From: a bacterium
Lineage (GTDB): Bacteria; SZUA-182; DTGQ01
Reading direction: 5' to 3'
NCBI GenBank assembly: GCA_040755755.1
Contig: JBFLZW010000002.1
Location: forward strand, 66,397-130,396
Length of the DNA stretch: 64,000 bases
Positions 9,613 through 17,145 of the stretch are shown here, in pieces. The notes beneath the pieces were generated by a model. It saw only the letters and a program-made list of their open reading frames with translations. It did not search any database and was not told the DNA's origin. Numbering within the stretch: the first letter of the stretch is position 1; every line of letters begins with the position of its first letter. Both the position numbers and the translations under genes were made by a program.

Positions 9613-10370
9613 TTTAAAGCATACACTGCCGCACCAAGCGCGCCGATAATCTGGGGATTTTCCGGCACAATCAGGTTTCCTCCCAGCCGATCCTCCAGAA
9701 GTTTTACCAGACAGGGATTCAGGGCTCCGCCACCGGCAAAGAGTATTGGCCGCCTGCGGCCAAGCCGGTTGATCATGGTCTCTATCCGCTCGACTACGGA
9801 TTGATGAACCCCCAGGGCAATGCTTTGAGGGTCTTCGCCTTTAGCCAGCAGTGAAATCACTTCAGATTCAGCAAAAACCGTGCACATGCTGGTAACCTTG
9901 ATCAAACCGCCAGCCGTAAGAGCGAAAGCTCCAAACTGGCCGATGTCAATCTCGAACGAATGAGCCATGATCTCCAGAAACCGGCCGGTTCCGGCAGCAC
10001 AGCGGTCATTGATGCCGAAATTGTCAAAGGAACCATTCCCGTCCAGAGCAATGACCTTGGTGTCCTGCCCCCCGATATCGATCACCATCCGGACATCCGG
10101 GTACAGGTAATGCGCACCCAGGGCAAAGGCTTTGATCTCGGTTATGGTCTGATCAGCCAGGTCTTTCCGGGCAAGATGCCGTCCATATCCTGTGGCCACA
10201 ATGCCGGGCCGCCCGGCCGCTTTCATAATGCCTTCTTTTTCCAGGGCGCGGCGAAGCTTTTCCAGAGGATGAACACCGCCATCCATAACCTGAAAGGCAA
10301 CCAGGCCACTCTGGTTCAAAATTACATACTTGGCCGTCCGGGAACCAAGATCAATGCCTATGGAAGTCAT
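9522..10370 (-). CDS. BadF/BadG/BcrA/BcrD-type ATPase (CoA-substrate-specific enzyme activase, HgdC-like)
   Basis: MTSIGIDLGSRTAKYV and VIDIGGQDTKVI actin-fold ATPase motifs. The last ~30 codons are encoded by the family-A repeat. Confidence 0.8.
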   Translation of the reverse strand: MTSIGIDLGSRTAKYVILNQSGLVAFQVMDGGVHPLEKLRRALEKEGIMKAAGRPGIVATGYGRHLARKDLADQTITEIKAFALGAHYLYPDVRMVIDIGGQDTKVIALDGNGSFDNFGINDRCAAGTGRFLEIMAHSFEIDIGQFGAFALTAGGLIKVTSMCTVFAESEVISLLAKGEDPQSIALGVHQSVVERIETMINRLGRRRPILFAGGGALNPCLVKLLEDRLGGNLIVPENPQIIGALGAAVYALKQESGVRSREPEARSQESGESDQWPVISGQ

Positions 10371-10398
10371 ACACTGTGGCATTGTATCATATCTTATC

Positions 10399-11673
10399 TT
10401 ACGGTTTAATCCGCTCCAGAAATGCCTCGATCCTTGTCTGAATCTGCCCCGCGTCTTCGGCGGTGTAGTCAGTCTCGATCTTCAGGACCGGAAAGCCTGC
10501 CTCTTTCAGCGCCTTTTCAACCCTGGCGTACTCCACGTTATAGGTATGGCAGAACTGAAGGGTGTTATAGATCACGCCATCGGCATGATACTCCTGAGCA
10601 TACTGGATTATCTGTTCGGTTCGCTCATGGTTCGGAGTAAAACAGGAGCAGTTTATCGACAGGTATCTCTGAGCCAGAGCATCCAGTTGGGCATTCAAAT
10701 CCGCCGCCGACTCATCGACCAGGGTTTCGAAATAGCGGGTCCCCGTGCAGGCTTCCTCGACCACTACCGCTGCCCCCAGGCTTTCGATGATATGATGCAG
10801 TTTCCAGTTGGGCACCACACTCGGACAGCCGGAAAGCATAATGCGGGGGGCATCCTTGGCAAACGGGCTGATGCCTTGTGCAATCCGGCCGGTCAGCTCT
10901 CCGGTCAGTTTATCCACCGAAGCGGTAAACCGGGCAACATCATCGTAAAACGCAACCTGTGAAATCAGCAGGGCATCTTTTCCACTGATGGGTGAGGGCT
11001 GACACTTTCGGGTTTCATACAGCCTGGCCAGGGCCCTCCTTTTATTGTTCATGAGCTCGATGGCTTTTTTCACCGCATCAAAGCTGATTTTCGTCCTTCC
11101 CGCCTCCTCCAGCATTTTCACCAGCCTGTCAAGCTCTGCGCGATATACTCCCCGGCCTGCATCATCCTTCCTGTGGGGGACCTGCACGACCCTGGTGGGA
11201 ACGAAATCGTTTAAAATTTCCCAGGCTTTCTTTTTGCCGTCGCAGGTGGTTTCTCCGAGCAGAAAGTCAGCGGATTCAAAATAGGGGCAGATTTTCGCCA
11301 GCTTAAACCCGACCGATGACTTTATCAGCGGGCAGATGTTTCTCGGCAGGTATTCTTCCGCCTTGGAGATGGTGAGGTCCGCCCCGCCGCACAGGCCGAT
11401 CGGAAGACCTCCAGCCGCAAGGATCAACTCATCGGGGATGAAAAGACAAAAAGCTCCGGCAATGAATCCTCCCCTGGCCTTGTGCTCCAGGAGCTCCCTG
11501 ATACGAAGACCATGAACCTCGCTCAGGACAAAGTCAAAATACTCCATAGCTTCGGGCCGGTTATCCTGCTTCAGGTAAATGTCAGAATAGACCTGCCCAA
11601 GAACGTTCAGAAGGTTGCAATGCGGATCAAGATCAATATTCAGGCTTCTCCACATATCGTCGTAATTACTCAT
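10399..11673 (-). CDS. 2-hydroxyacyl-CoA dehydratase family protein (HgdA/HgdB-like component)
   Basis: A 424-aa protein with dehydratase-family Cys-containing regions, directly upstream of the activase. Confidence 0.7.
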   Translation of the reverse strand: MSNYDDMWRSLNIDLDPHCNLLNVLGQVYSDIYLKQDNRPEAMEYFDFVLSEVHGLRIRELLEHKARGGFIAGAFCLFIPDELILAAGGLPIGLCGGADLTISKAEEYLPRNICPLIKSSVGFKLAKICPYFESADFLLGETTCDGKKKAWEILNDFVPTRVVQVPHRKDDAGRGVYRAELDRLVKMLEEAGRTKISFDAVKKAIELMNNKRRALARLYETRKCQPSPISGKDALLISQVAFYDDVARFTASVDKLTGELTGRIAQGISPFAKDAPRIMLSGCPSVVPNWKLHHIIESLGAAVVVEEACTGTRYFETLVDESAADLNAQLDALAQRYLSINCSCFTPNHERTEQIIQYAQEYHADGVIYNTLQFCHTYNVEYARVEKALKEAGFPVLKIETDYTAEDAGQIQTRIEAFLERIKP

Positions 11674-11690
11674 TATCTGCCCTCGTTACA

Positions 11691-11957
11691 TTAGATGAAT
11701 TTGAATTTCTTCTTCTTTTCCGCCTCATCATCCCTCTCCCACCGAAAAATCTGATCGATCTCCACCTGGCTGTCGGTGAGGATTTTTTCAATCTCTTCCC
11801 TTTCCGGCCAGGGCACCTTGCAGCAAAAACCGCAGTTGGAGCTGAATTCCCTCGGCACCGGGATCATTTCCGGTTTTCTGCCGCTCTTGTCAAGCACCCG
11901 TTTGGCCTTCAGGGCAAAATGGGTGGTGTGAAAGGTGATGATTGCATAGACTGCCAT
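11691..11957 (-). CDS. DUF3343 (putative Se/S carrier-like) small protein
   Basis: MAVYAIITFHTTHFALKAKRVLDKSGRKPEMIPVPREFSSNCGFC fits the DUF3343 pattern. Start taken at the ATG with GAGG 8 nt upstream. Confidence 0.65.
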   Translation of the reverse strand: MAVYAIITFHTTHFALKAKRVLDKSGRKPEMIPVPREFSSNCGFCCKVPWPEREEIEKILTDSQVEIDQIFRWERDDEAEKKKKFKFI

Positions 11958-12099
11958 ATACAAGCCTCGGAATGAGGAAAAATCAAAGCTGCACCAGGAT
12001 ATTGCTAATACTCGATAATACCCAATAGTTTTGGGAAGTCAAGGGCATTATTGAAGAAATCTATAATGCCTATAGATGTATTCAATATCACGGTGGTGC

Positions 12100-12855
12100 T
12101 TATTTCCGTTCCGCGGCAGAATCGCCGGTGATGGATAGAACTACAGAGATAACCACCTCCGGTGTGGTTTTACTGTCTGTTTTAACAACTACCTGACCAC
12201 TCGTAAGGGAGCTGTTGTCCATTGCTTTTGCTGACACAATAATCGTCAGGGATTCGTTCGGTTTGAGACTTGCCGGCAGTTTGGTCTGCTCCGATGCTGC
12301 TTTGGCTGTAACAGCAGCGGCAGGAGTGGTTTCAATCGATAAAATCGACATGCTCTCCTGGCCGATATTCTTCAGCACAACCTCCTGAGTGGCATCCTGG
12401 TCCTTTGCTGCCCGGTTGAAATAAACATTGGCAGGAGTGGCTTCCAGATCGACTTTGACTAATGCTTCAATAGTTATTTGCGTAATTGGATTAACCGGGT
12501 CATTGGAATGGACATAGATGACTTTCTGTTGTTTCCCCTTGCGATGGGCGGAATTGAAAGTGACTTTAATCTGCCCGGTCTCACCCGGATTGATTGTTTT
12601 TTGAGAAAGCACAGCAGCGGTGCATCCGCAGGATGTCTTTACTTGTTCGATGTTCAGCGCCTGGTCTCCGGTATTCTGAAAGGTAAAAACATGGGTAACC
12701 GCTTTATTCTGGTAAATTTGCCCAAAATCGAACGAGGCATTGGAGAATGCGATACGGGGGGCGGCTGCGGCAGGTGCCGGACAGAATACGGACAACACTA
12801 TGGGAAAACTTATCAGGAGGACTGATAAGACTATTAAGGTTCTATTCTTTTTCAT
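12100..12855 (-). CDS. Secreted DUF1573-domain protein (two copies)
   Basis: Signal peptide, then the hallmark SCGCT motif (VKTSCGCTAA). Confidence 0.7.
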   Translation of the reverse strand: MKKNRTLIVLSVLLISFPIVLSVFCPAPAAAAPRIAFSNASFDFGQIYQNKAVTHVFTFQNTGDQALNIEQVKTSCGCTAAVLSQKTINPGETGQIKVTFNSAHRKGKQQKVIYVHSNDPVNPITQITIEALVKVDLEATPANVYFNRAAKDQDATQEVVLKNIGQESMSILSIETTPAAAVTAKAASEQTKLPASLKPNESLTIIVSAKAMDNSSLTSGQVVVKTDSKTTPEVVISVVLSITGDSAAERK

Positions 12856-14806
12856 GGTTTATCTCTCCTTTACTTTTTGGGCCTTTACTTTTCGGGCCTC
12901 TCAGTATCCGAATATCGCCGATCCGCATGGTGAAACCAATGGAATCGAAGTATTCCAGAATCTGAATGGTTTTTATTCGGCCCAGATCCATTACTCTATC
13001 ACGAAAATCGATAACGGTAAGACTCCCTTCCTTTTGGATATATGCCTTCACCATCTCCCTGAGCTCATGGAGAGGTTGGCTATGGATGATGGTATTTGGT
13101 GCGATTCGAATGACAACACTCTGATCTATGAGCATCTTTAATAATCTGTCCACCTCCTCCCCGGCGCAATTGATATTTTGATAAAGTTGACTTATGGGCA
13201 GCGGTCTGTAACCGCTGGATAGAAGCGCCCTTTCAATTTCGCTGATAACCTTCTTCTGCCATGAACTGAACGACAGGCTATGATTGGCAAGCCTGATAGC
13301 GGGACCGTCGATCGCTATTGTCTGCCTCATCTCAAGGTCCCTGAGCAGGTGATGGAAAAGCCGGCTGTCCATTTCCCCTGCTGTCTTTGACTTGAGCAGT
13401 TCTCTCCCCATACCTTTTTCAAGAGGGTTTTGGCTGTGAAAGTCTTTCAGGGCAGCGATAATTTTTTCTTTGATATGTGTTACCTGCCTGGTGGCAATAA
13501 AGAATTCCTCATCATCAAGACAGTAAATAACGCCTTCACTCTTTAACCGGGCAAGGATATCGACGAGTTCTGACCGAGTAAGGGCGGTCTTTCGTAACAG
13601 TTCACTCTGACTGCAAGGATGGAATTGGTATCGTGAAAGTGTCTCGATGATGAAGTCCCTGAATTTTCCCTGTTCCAGGTGCTCGATCCGAGTGACTCTG
13701 CTTTTACCTTCTGAGGCACTGTACCGCCTGGGGTAAGTATCCAGGATAACTCCTCCGCCAATGGTACGGGAAGGGCTGAGAGACCGGATAATATATCTGT
13801 CGAATACCCGAGGCGAAGCCTTTTCTTCCAGCCTGAACTGGACAACAGCCATTTCACCGGGTTGAATCTTATCCCTGTCCATGCAGATCACCCTGGCTAT
13901 AATCTCGGTAGTACCGGTATGGAGGCGTACCCTGGCTTTCGTGGACAAAGGAGATGCGTTCGATTCCAGGTATCGGAGTCTGGCATCCAGTATGCCGGTG
14001 GGCATGAGGGATTCCGGCGGGGCGATGACATCTCCTCTCTTGACCTGGGAGGTGGCGATACCGGCCAGGTTAAAGCCGACCCGCTGTCCGGCATGGGCTT
14101 CTTCGACCCACTGGTTATGCACCTGAAGTCCACGGATTTTGACTTTATAACCTTCGGGATATACCATTGCTATGGCTCCGGAACTTACAGCACCATTTAC
14201 CAACGTGCCGGTAGCTATTGTGCCGTAGCCTGCTACTGAAAAAACCCGATCCACGGGAAGCCGGAATTCGCCCCTCTCAAGTTTGGTTTTCTCAACCTTG
14301 CCGGTAAGCTCCATCAGGGCCGTCTTCAATTGATCGATTCCCTCTCCGGTCCGGCATGAGCAATCGATTACCGCTGCCTCCCGGAGGAAACTCGGCTCAA
14401 CAAGCCGGGCGATTTCCCCGTGAATCAACTCCAGCCAGTCCCTGTCCACCAGATCGATCTTGTTGACTGCCACAAGGCCGTGTCTGATTCCCAGCAGGGA
14501 AAGAATATCAAGATGCTCGCTGGTCTGGGGCATGGGGCCGTCATCGGCTGCAATAACCAGTATGGCCATATCGACGCCGGATATGCCTCTGAGCATATTC
14601 TTGATAAATTTTTCGTGACCCGGACAATCGACAATACTCACCACCTGTCCATTGGGAAGCCGGCAGGGTGCAAAACCTGATTCTATCGATATTCCCCGGA
14701 CCTTTTCCTCTTTCAGCCGATCGGTGTCTATACCAGTGATGGCCTTGGTCAGAGCGGTCTTGCCATGGTCAATATGCCCGGCCAAGCCTATAACCAGATT
14801 TTTCAA
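12842..14806 (-). CDS. selB: Selenocysteine-specific elongation factor SelB
   Basis: GTPase motifs GHIDHGKT, DCPGH, NKID, then winged-helix C-terminal domains in a 654-aa protein. TTG start. The C-terminal GPKSKGPKSKG comes from a short tandem repeat. Confidence 0.9.
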   Translation of the reverse strand: MKNLVIGLAGHIDHGKTALTKAITGIDTDRLKEEKVRGISIESGFAPCRLPNGQVVSIVDCPGHEKFIKNMLRGISGVDMAILVIAADDGPMPQTSEHLDILSLLGIRHGLVAVNKIDLVDRDWLELIHGEIARLVEPSFLREAAVIDCSCRTGEGIDQLKTALMELTGKVEKTKLERGEFRLPVDRVFSVAGYGTIATGTLVNGAVSSGAIAMVYPEGYKVKIRGLQVHNQWVEEAHAGQRVGFNLAGIATSQVKRGDVIAPPESLMPTGILDARLRYLESNASPLSTKARVRLHTGTTEIIARVICMDRDKIQPGEMAVVQFRLEEKASPRVFDRYIIRSLSPSRTIGGGVILDTYPRRYSASEGKSRVTRIEHLEQGKFRDFIIETLSRYQFHPCSQSELLRKTALTRSELVDILARLKSEGVIYCLDDEEFFIATRQVTHIKEKIIAALKDFHSQNPLEKGMGRELLKSKTAGEMDSRLFHHLLRDLEMRQTIAIDGPAIRLANHSLSFSSWQKKVISEIERALLSSGYRPLPISQLYQNINCAGEEVDRLLKMLIDQSVVIRIAPNTIIHSQPLHELREMVKAYIQKEGSLTVIDFRDRVMDLGRIKTIQILEYFDSIGFTMRIGDIRILRGPKSKGPKSKGEINHEKE

Positions 14807-14863
14807 TGGAAGGTCACCCGACTTTTTATCATCTCTACTCTTGTGTCATAGGGAGAGAGGTAA

Positions 14864-14954
14864 AGAGGGTAAGGGGAATCGAACCTCCTACGGCCCTTGC
14901 ACAGGCCGACCAGCGGATTTGAAGTCCGTGGGGCACACCAGTACCATTACCCTC
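14864..14954 (-). tRNA. selC: tRNA-Sec (anticodon UCA)
   Basis: 91 nt. The 8-bp acceptor stem GAGGGTAA/TTACCCTC, the anticodon loop cUUCAaa, a long variable arm and the GGTTCGATTCC T-arm are all present. It sits immediately upstream of selB. Confidence 0.75.
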
Positions 14955-15505
14955 GGTCATTCTCGATCATGACAGCTCGACAGCGTAAACAGTGTAAAAA
15001 CTTTGGAAAATGATAAGTAATATTAAATATATCAGAAACTTACCGTGACCGGGTGATATAAGGAAACATGCTCGAAGTGGAGTGAGGATTGGAAGATGCA
15101 TGCAGTTGCGGACCGGATCGAATATAGCCGACCTGCATTCAGGGATTGAAAAACGGATGGAATTTAAAAATGAAGTCTGATTTTTTTGAAAAGATTGCAC
15201 TATAGGTAAAGATAGATATGAGAAAAGCATAATGGGTTTCCTGTTATTGCCCCGACCACCGGTCAGAGTTACCTGATACAGAGTCAATATTGTCCAACAA
15301 ATCCGTGTAAGTGAACCTTTTTCAAGTACATAATTGTTCCTCTCTTAAAATTTGGAATCAATTTATGGAAACTACCGCTTCTTTACCCTACCGACATTCA
15401 TTAATGAATACAATTAAACCTGTTAATAGAGATTCCTTAAAAATATAGGGGATATTTTTACCATAACCTGGATTATACGTCAATAAGGAATTTTCAATTT
15501 TCATC

Positions 15506-15534
15506 TTGACATCGAAAATGCATGGAATTAAAAT
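15506..15534 (+). promoter_or_regulatory. Sigma70-type promoter (TTGACA-17-TAAAAT)
   Basis: ttgacatcgaaaatgcatggaattaaaat, located about 35 nt upstream of the riboswitch aptamer. Confidence 0.6.
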
Positions 15535-15567
15535 GAGCCCAAAAGCCGAAATTGCTGATAATTGCAT

Positions 15568-15630
15568 AAAGGCGAGGGAGTTCCGCCATAAACCGTTCCG
15601 GCCAGGGCCGGAGCTAATGACTCCTACGAG
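15568..15630 (+). promoter_or_regulatory. Fluoride riboswitch (crcB RNA motif)
   Basis: GGCGAGGGAGUUCCGCCAUAAAC...GGAGCUAAUGACUCCUAC. The B. cereus crcB aptamer is GGCGAUGGAGUUCGCCAUAAACGC...AGCUAAUGACUCCUAC, with the pseudoknot GGAGU/ACUCC. Confidence 0.85.
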
Positions 15631-15682
15631 CAGGTAAATATACCCTTGGGAGGAGTTATACAGTTGCTGGCAATCAAACTTT

Positions 15683-15723
15683 GAGCTCTTACCAGGGCCT
15701 AGTACCTGGTGAGAGCTTTTTTT
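15683..15723 (+). terminator. Rho-independent terminator (riboswitch expression platform)
   Basis: gagctcttaccagg-gcctagta-cctggtgagagc followed by ttttttt. Confidence 0.7.
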
Positions 15724-15785
15724 ACCCCGTAGCAGGAAGAACCTGTAACGGTAGGGGGGATTTATCTCAAAGGGAGGAACAAGAA

Positions 15786-15929
15786 ATGGCAGAAATCAAA
15801 GAAGTGAAGGCAAGAGAGATGTTATACCATTTCTCACCTGAAATTGAGCATAAACCGGCCAAAGGAGTCAGAATACAGAATACAGAAGTCAGAAGTCAGG
15901 AGAAACGAAAGCCTTATTCTGAATTCTGA
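15786..15929 (+). CDS. Small ORF (47 aa) downstream of the fluoride riboswitch; its 3' end runs into the family-A repeat
   Basis: Strong RBS aaagggagga then ATG. Translation MAEIKEVKAREMLYHFSPEIEHK..., with no recognisable family. Confidence 0.3.
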   Translation: MAEIKEVKAREMLYHFSPEIEHKPAKGVRIQNTEVRSQEKRKPYSEF

Positions 15930-15963
15930 CTCCTGAATTCTGACTCCTGACTCCTGAATTCTC
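15868..15963. repeat. Heptamer repeat, family A-like (CAGAATA / CAGAAGT / CTGACTC / CTGAATT units)
   Basis: cagaatacagaatacagaagtcagaagtcaggag ... ctgaattctgactcctgaattctgactcctgactcctgaattctc. Confidence 0.6.
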
Positions 15964-16202
15964 TACTTATGCTGCAGTTGAATGTCGAAAAATGGTATTA
16001 GCTCAGGGGGAAACATACGACTTGTCCTGGATTCAGGCGATGAATTTCCATAATGCGTTCTTGTTCACTTCGGTTAATGAAGCCCTTCGCAGCCTGGTGG
16101 CAATTATCAAGAGGCAAAGCAAGGCCGAACAGGGGCGTGGAGAGGGGCGCTCGTAAACTGGAGAAAAGAAGAAAAGAGAAGAAAACGGTAATTCACTTGA
16201 GA

Positions 16203-16619
16203 TTATTTTTCGGTCTCATTTTTCAGCATGGCCTCGGCAAAATCGAGGAAATCCTGCAAATGTTCCTCTACAATCCGCCTGACAATGTCAAGGTTCAGTG
16301 CCTGATAGTCGTGAACAGCAATGTTTCGGAACCCTGTCATGGCCATCATGCGTTCTGCCAGCCCTTTGGTTATCAGACCGACCCGCTGAAGCAAAGTGAA
16401 TGCATCCCTGCTTTCCTGGGGAATTCCCAGCCGGCGGAGGCGGATCTCATGCATGGCCAGGTCTATGGCTGCCTCACAGGCCCTCTGGATATTTAAAATT
16501 ATCGAGTCCTGTTTGGTATAATTCTCATAGAGGTTTTTCTCGTCTTCTCCATATTCTTCACGTATGCGGGCTATGCATCGCTCAATGGTGGCTGCTTTAT
16601 TGAGTTTTACGTCGTCCAT
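16203..16619 (-). CDS. HepT-like HEPN toxin (DUF86)
   Basis: Rx4-6H motif FRNIAVHDY. Start taken at MDDVKLNK. Overlaps the end of the upstream NTase gene. Confidence 0.75.
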   Translation of the reverse strand: MDDVKLNKAATIERCIARIREEYGEDEKNLYENYTKQDSIILNIQRACEAAIDLAMHEIRLRRLGIPQESRDAFTLLQRVGLITKGLAERMMAMTGFRNIAVHDYQALNLDIVRRIVEEHLQDFLDFAEAMLKNETEK

Positions 16620-17019
16620 AAACTGTTCCCCGGCTCTGGATATCCTGAATAATCTCCCGGCGCTCCTCATTCAGACGAGCGTAGGCACTGTAAACGTAAT
16701 CTTCAAAGCGTTCTCTCTGTCCCGGATCCCCCTCGTACCAGCACTGTCCTGTAGAAACGACCTGCATCCGCAATACGGTGGAAGCCTTTCGCAGGTCAAC
16801 GAGATCAACCTCCCGCCTGAGCGCTCCGGCCAGGTGCCGGGCCATCGACCATCTCTCCCAGGGGTCCAGGGGGTGCCGGGGAAGGATCGCCAGGTCGATG
16901 TCACTCTCCGGCATCATCTCCCCTTGCCCCGCTGACCCGAATACATAGATGGCCACAAGATCCGGGTATTTCTCCCGAAGGAGTCGAACGATAAGTTCCT
17001 GTTGAGTTTCTTTGACCAT
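16597..17019 (-). CDS. MntA-like nucleotidyltransferase antitoxin
   Basis: FGSAGQGEMMPESDIDL (GSx10DxD) NTase motif. Confidence 0.75.
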   Translation of the reverse strand: MVKETQQELIVRLLREKYPDLVAIYVFGSAGQGEMMPESDIDLAILPRHPLDPWERWSMARHLAGALRREVDLVDLRKASTVLRMQVVSTGQCWYEGDPGQRERFEDYVYSAYARLNEERREIIQDIQSRGTVYGRRKTQ

Positions 17020-17059
17020 GATTACCCTTAATTAATCACAGAGTTTTTCACCCTCCCCC

Positions 17060-17145
17060 GCTCTCACTCCTCTGCTTTTCTCTGTATACCTCTGTGCCTC
17101 AGTGTCTCTGTGGTGTCCTTTGTTTTGTCTTGTCTTTGTCTTTAC
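17060..17145. repeat. Heptamer repeat, family B (CTCTGTG units plus GTGTCCTTTGT / TTTGT tail)
   Basis: ctcactcctctgcttttctctgtatacctctgtgcctcagtgtctctgtggtgtcctttgttttgtc. Near-identical copies at 47550-47625 and 30970-31032 (reverse complement). Confidence 0.65.

Noticed and set aside
10330-10962. 210-aa ORF on the + strand
   Set aside because: It is antisense to the 2-hydroxyacyl-CoA dehydratase-like gene and has no motifs.
16053-16496. 147-aa ORF on the + strand downstream of the fluoride riboswitch
   Set aside because: It overlaps the well-supported HepT gene on the opposite strand, has no RBS and has an Arg/Lys-rich low-complexity translation.
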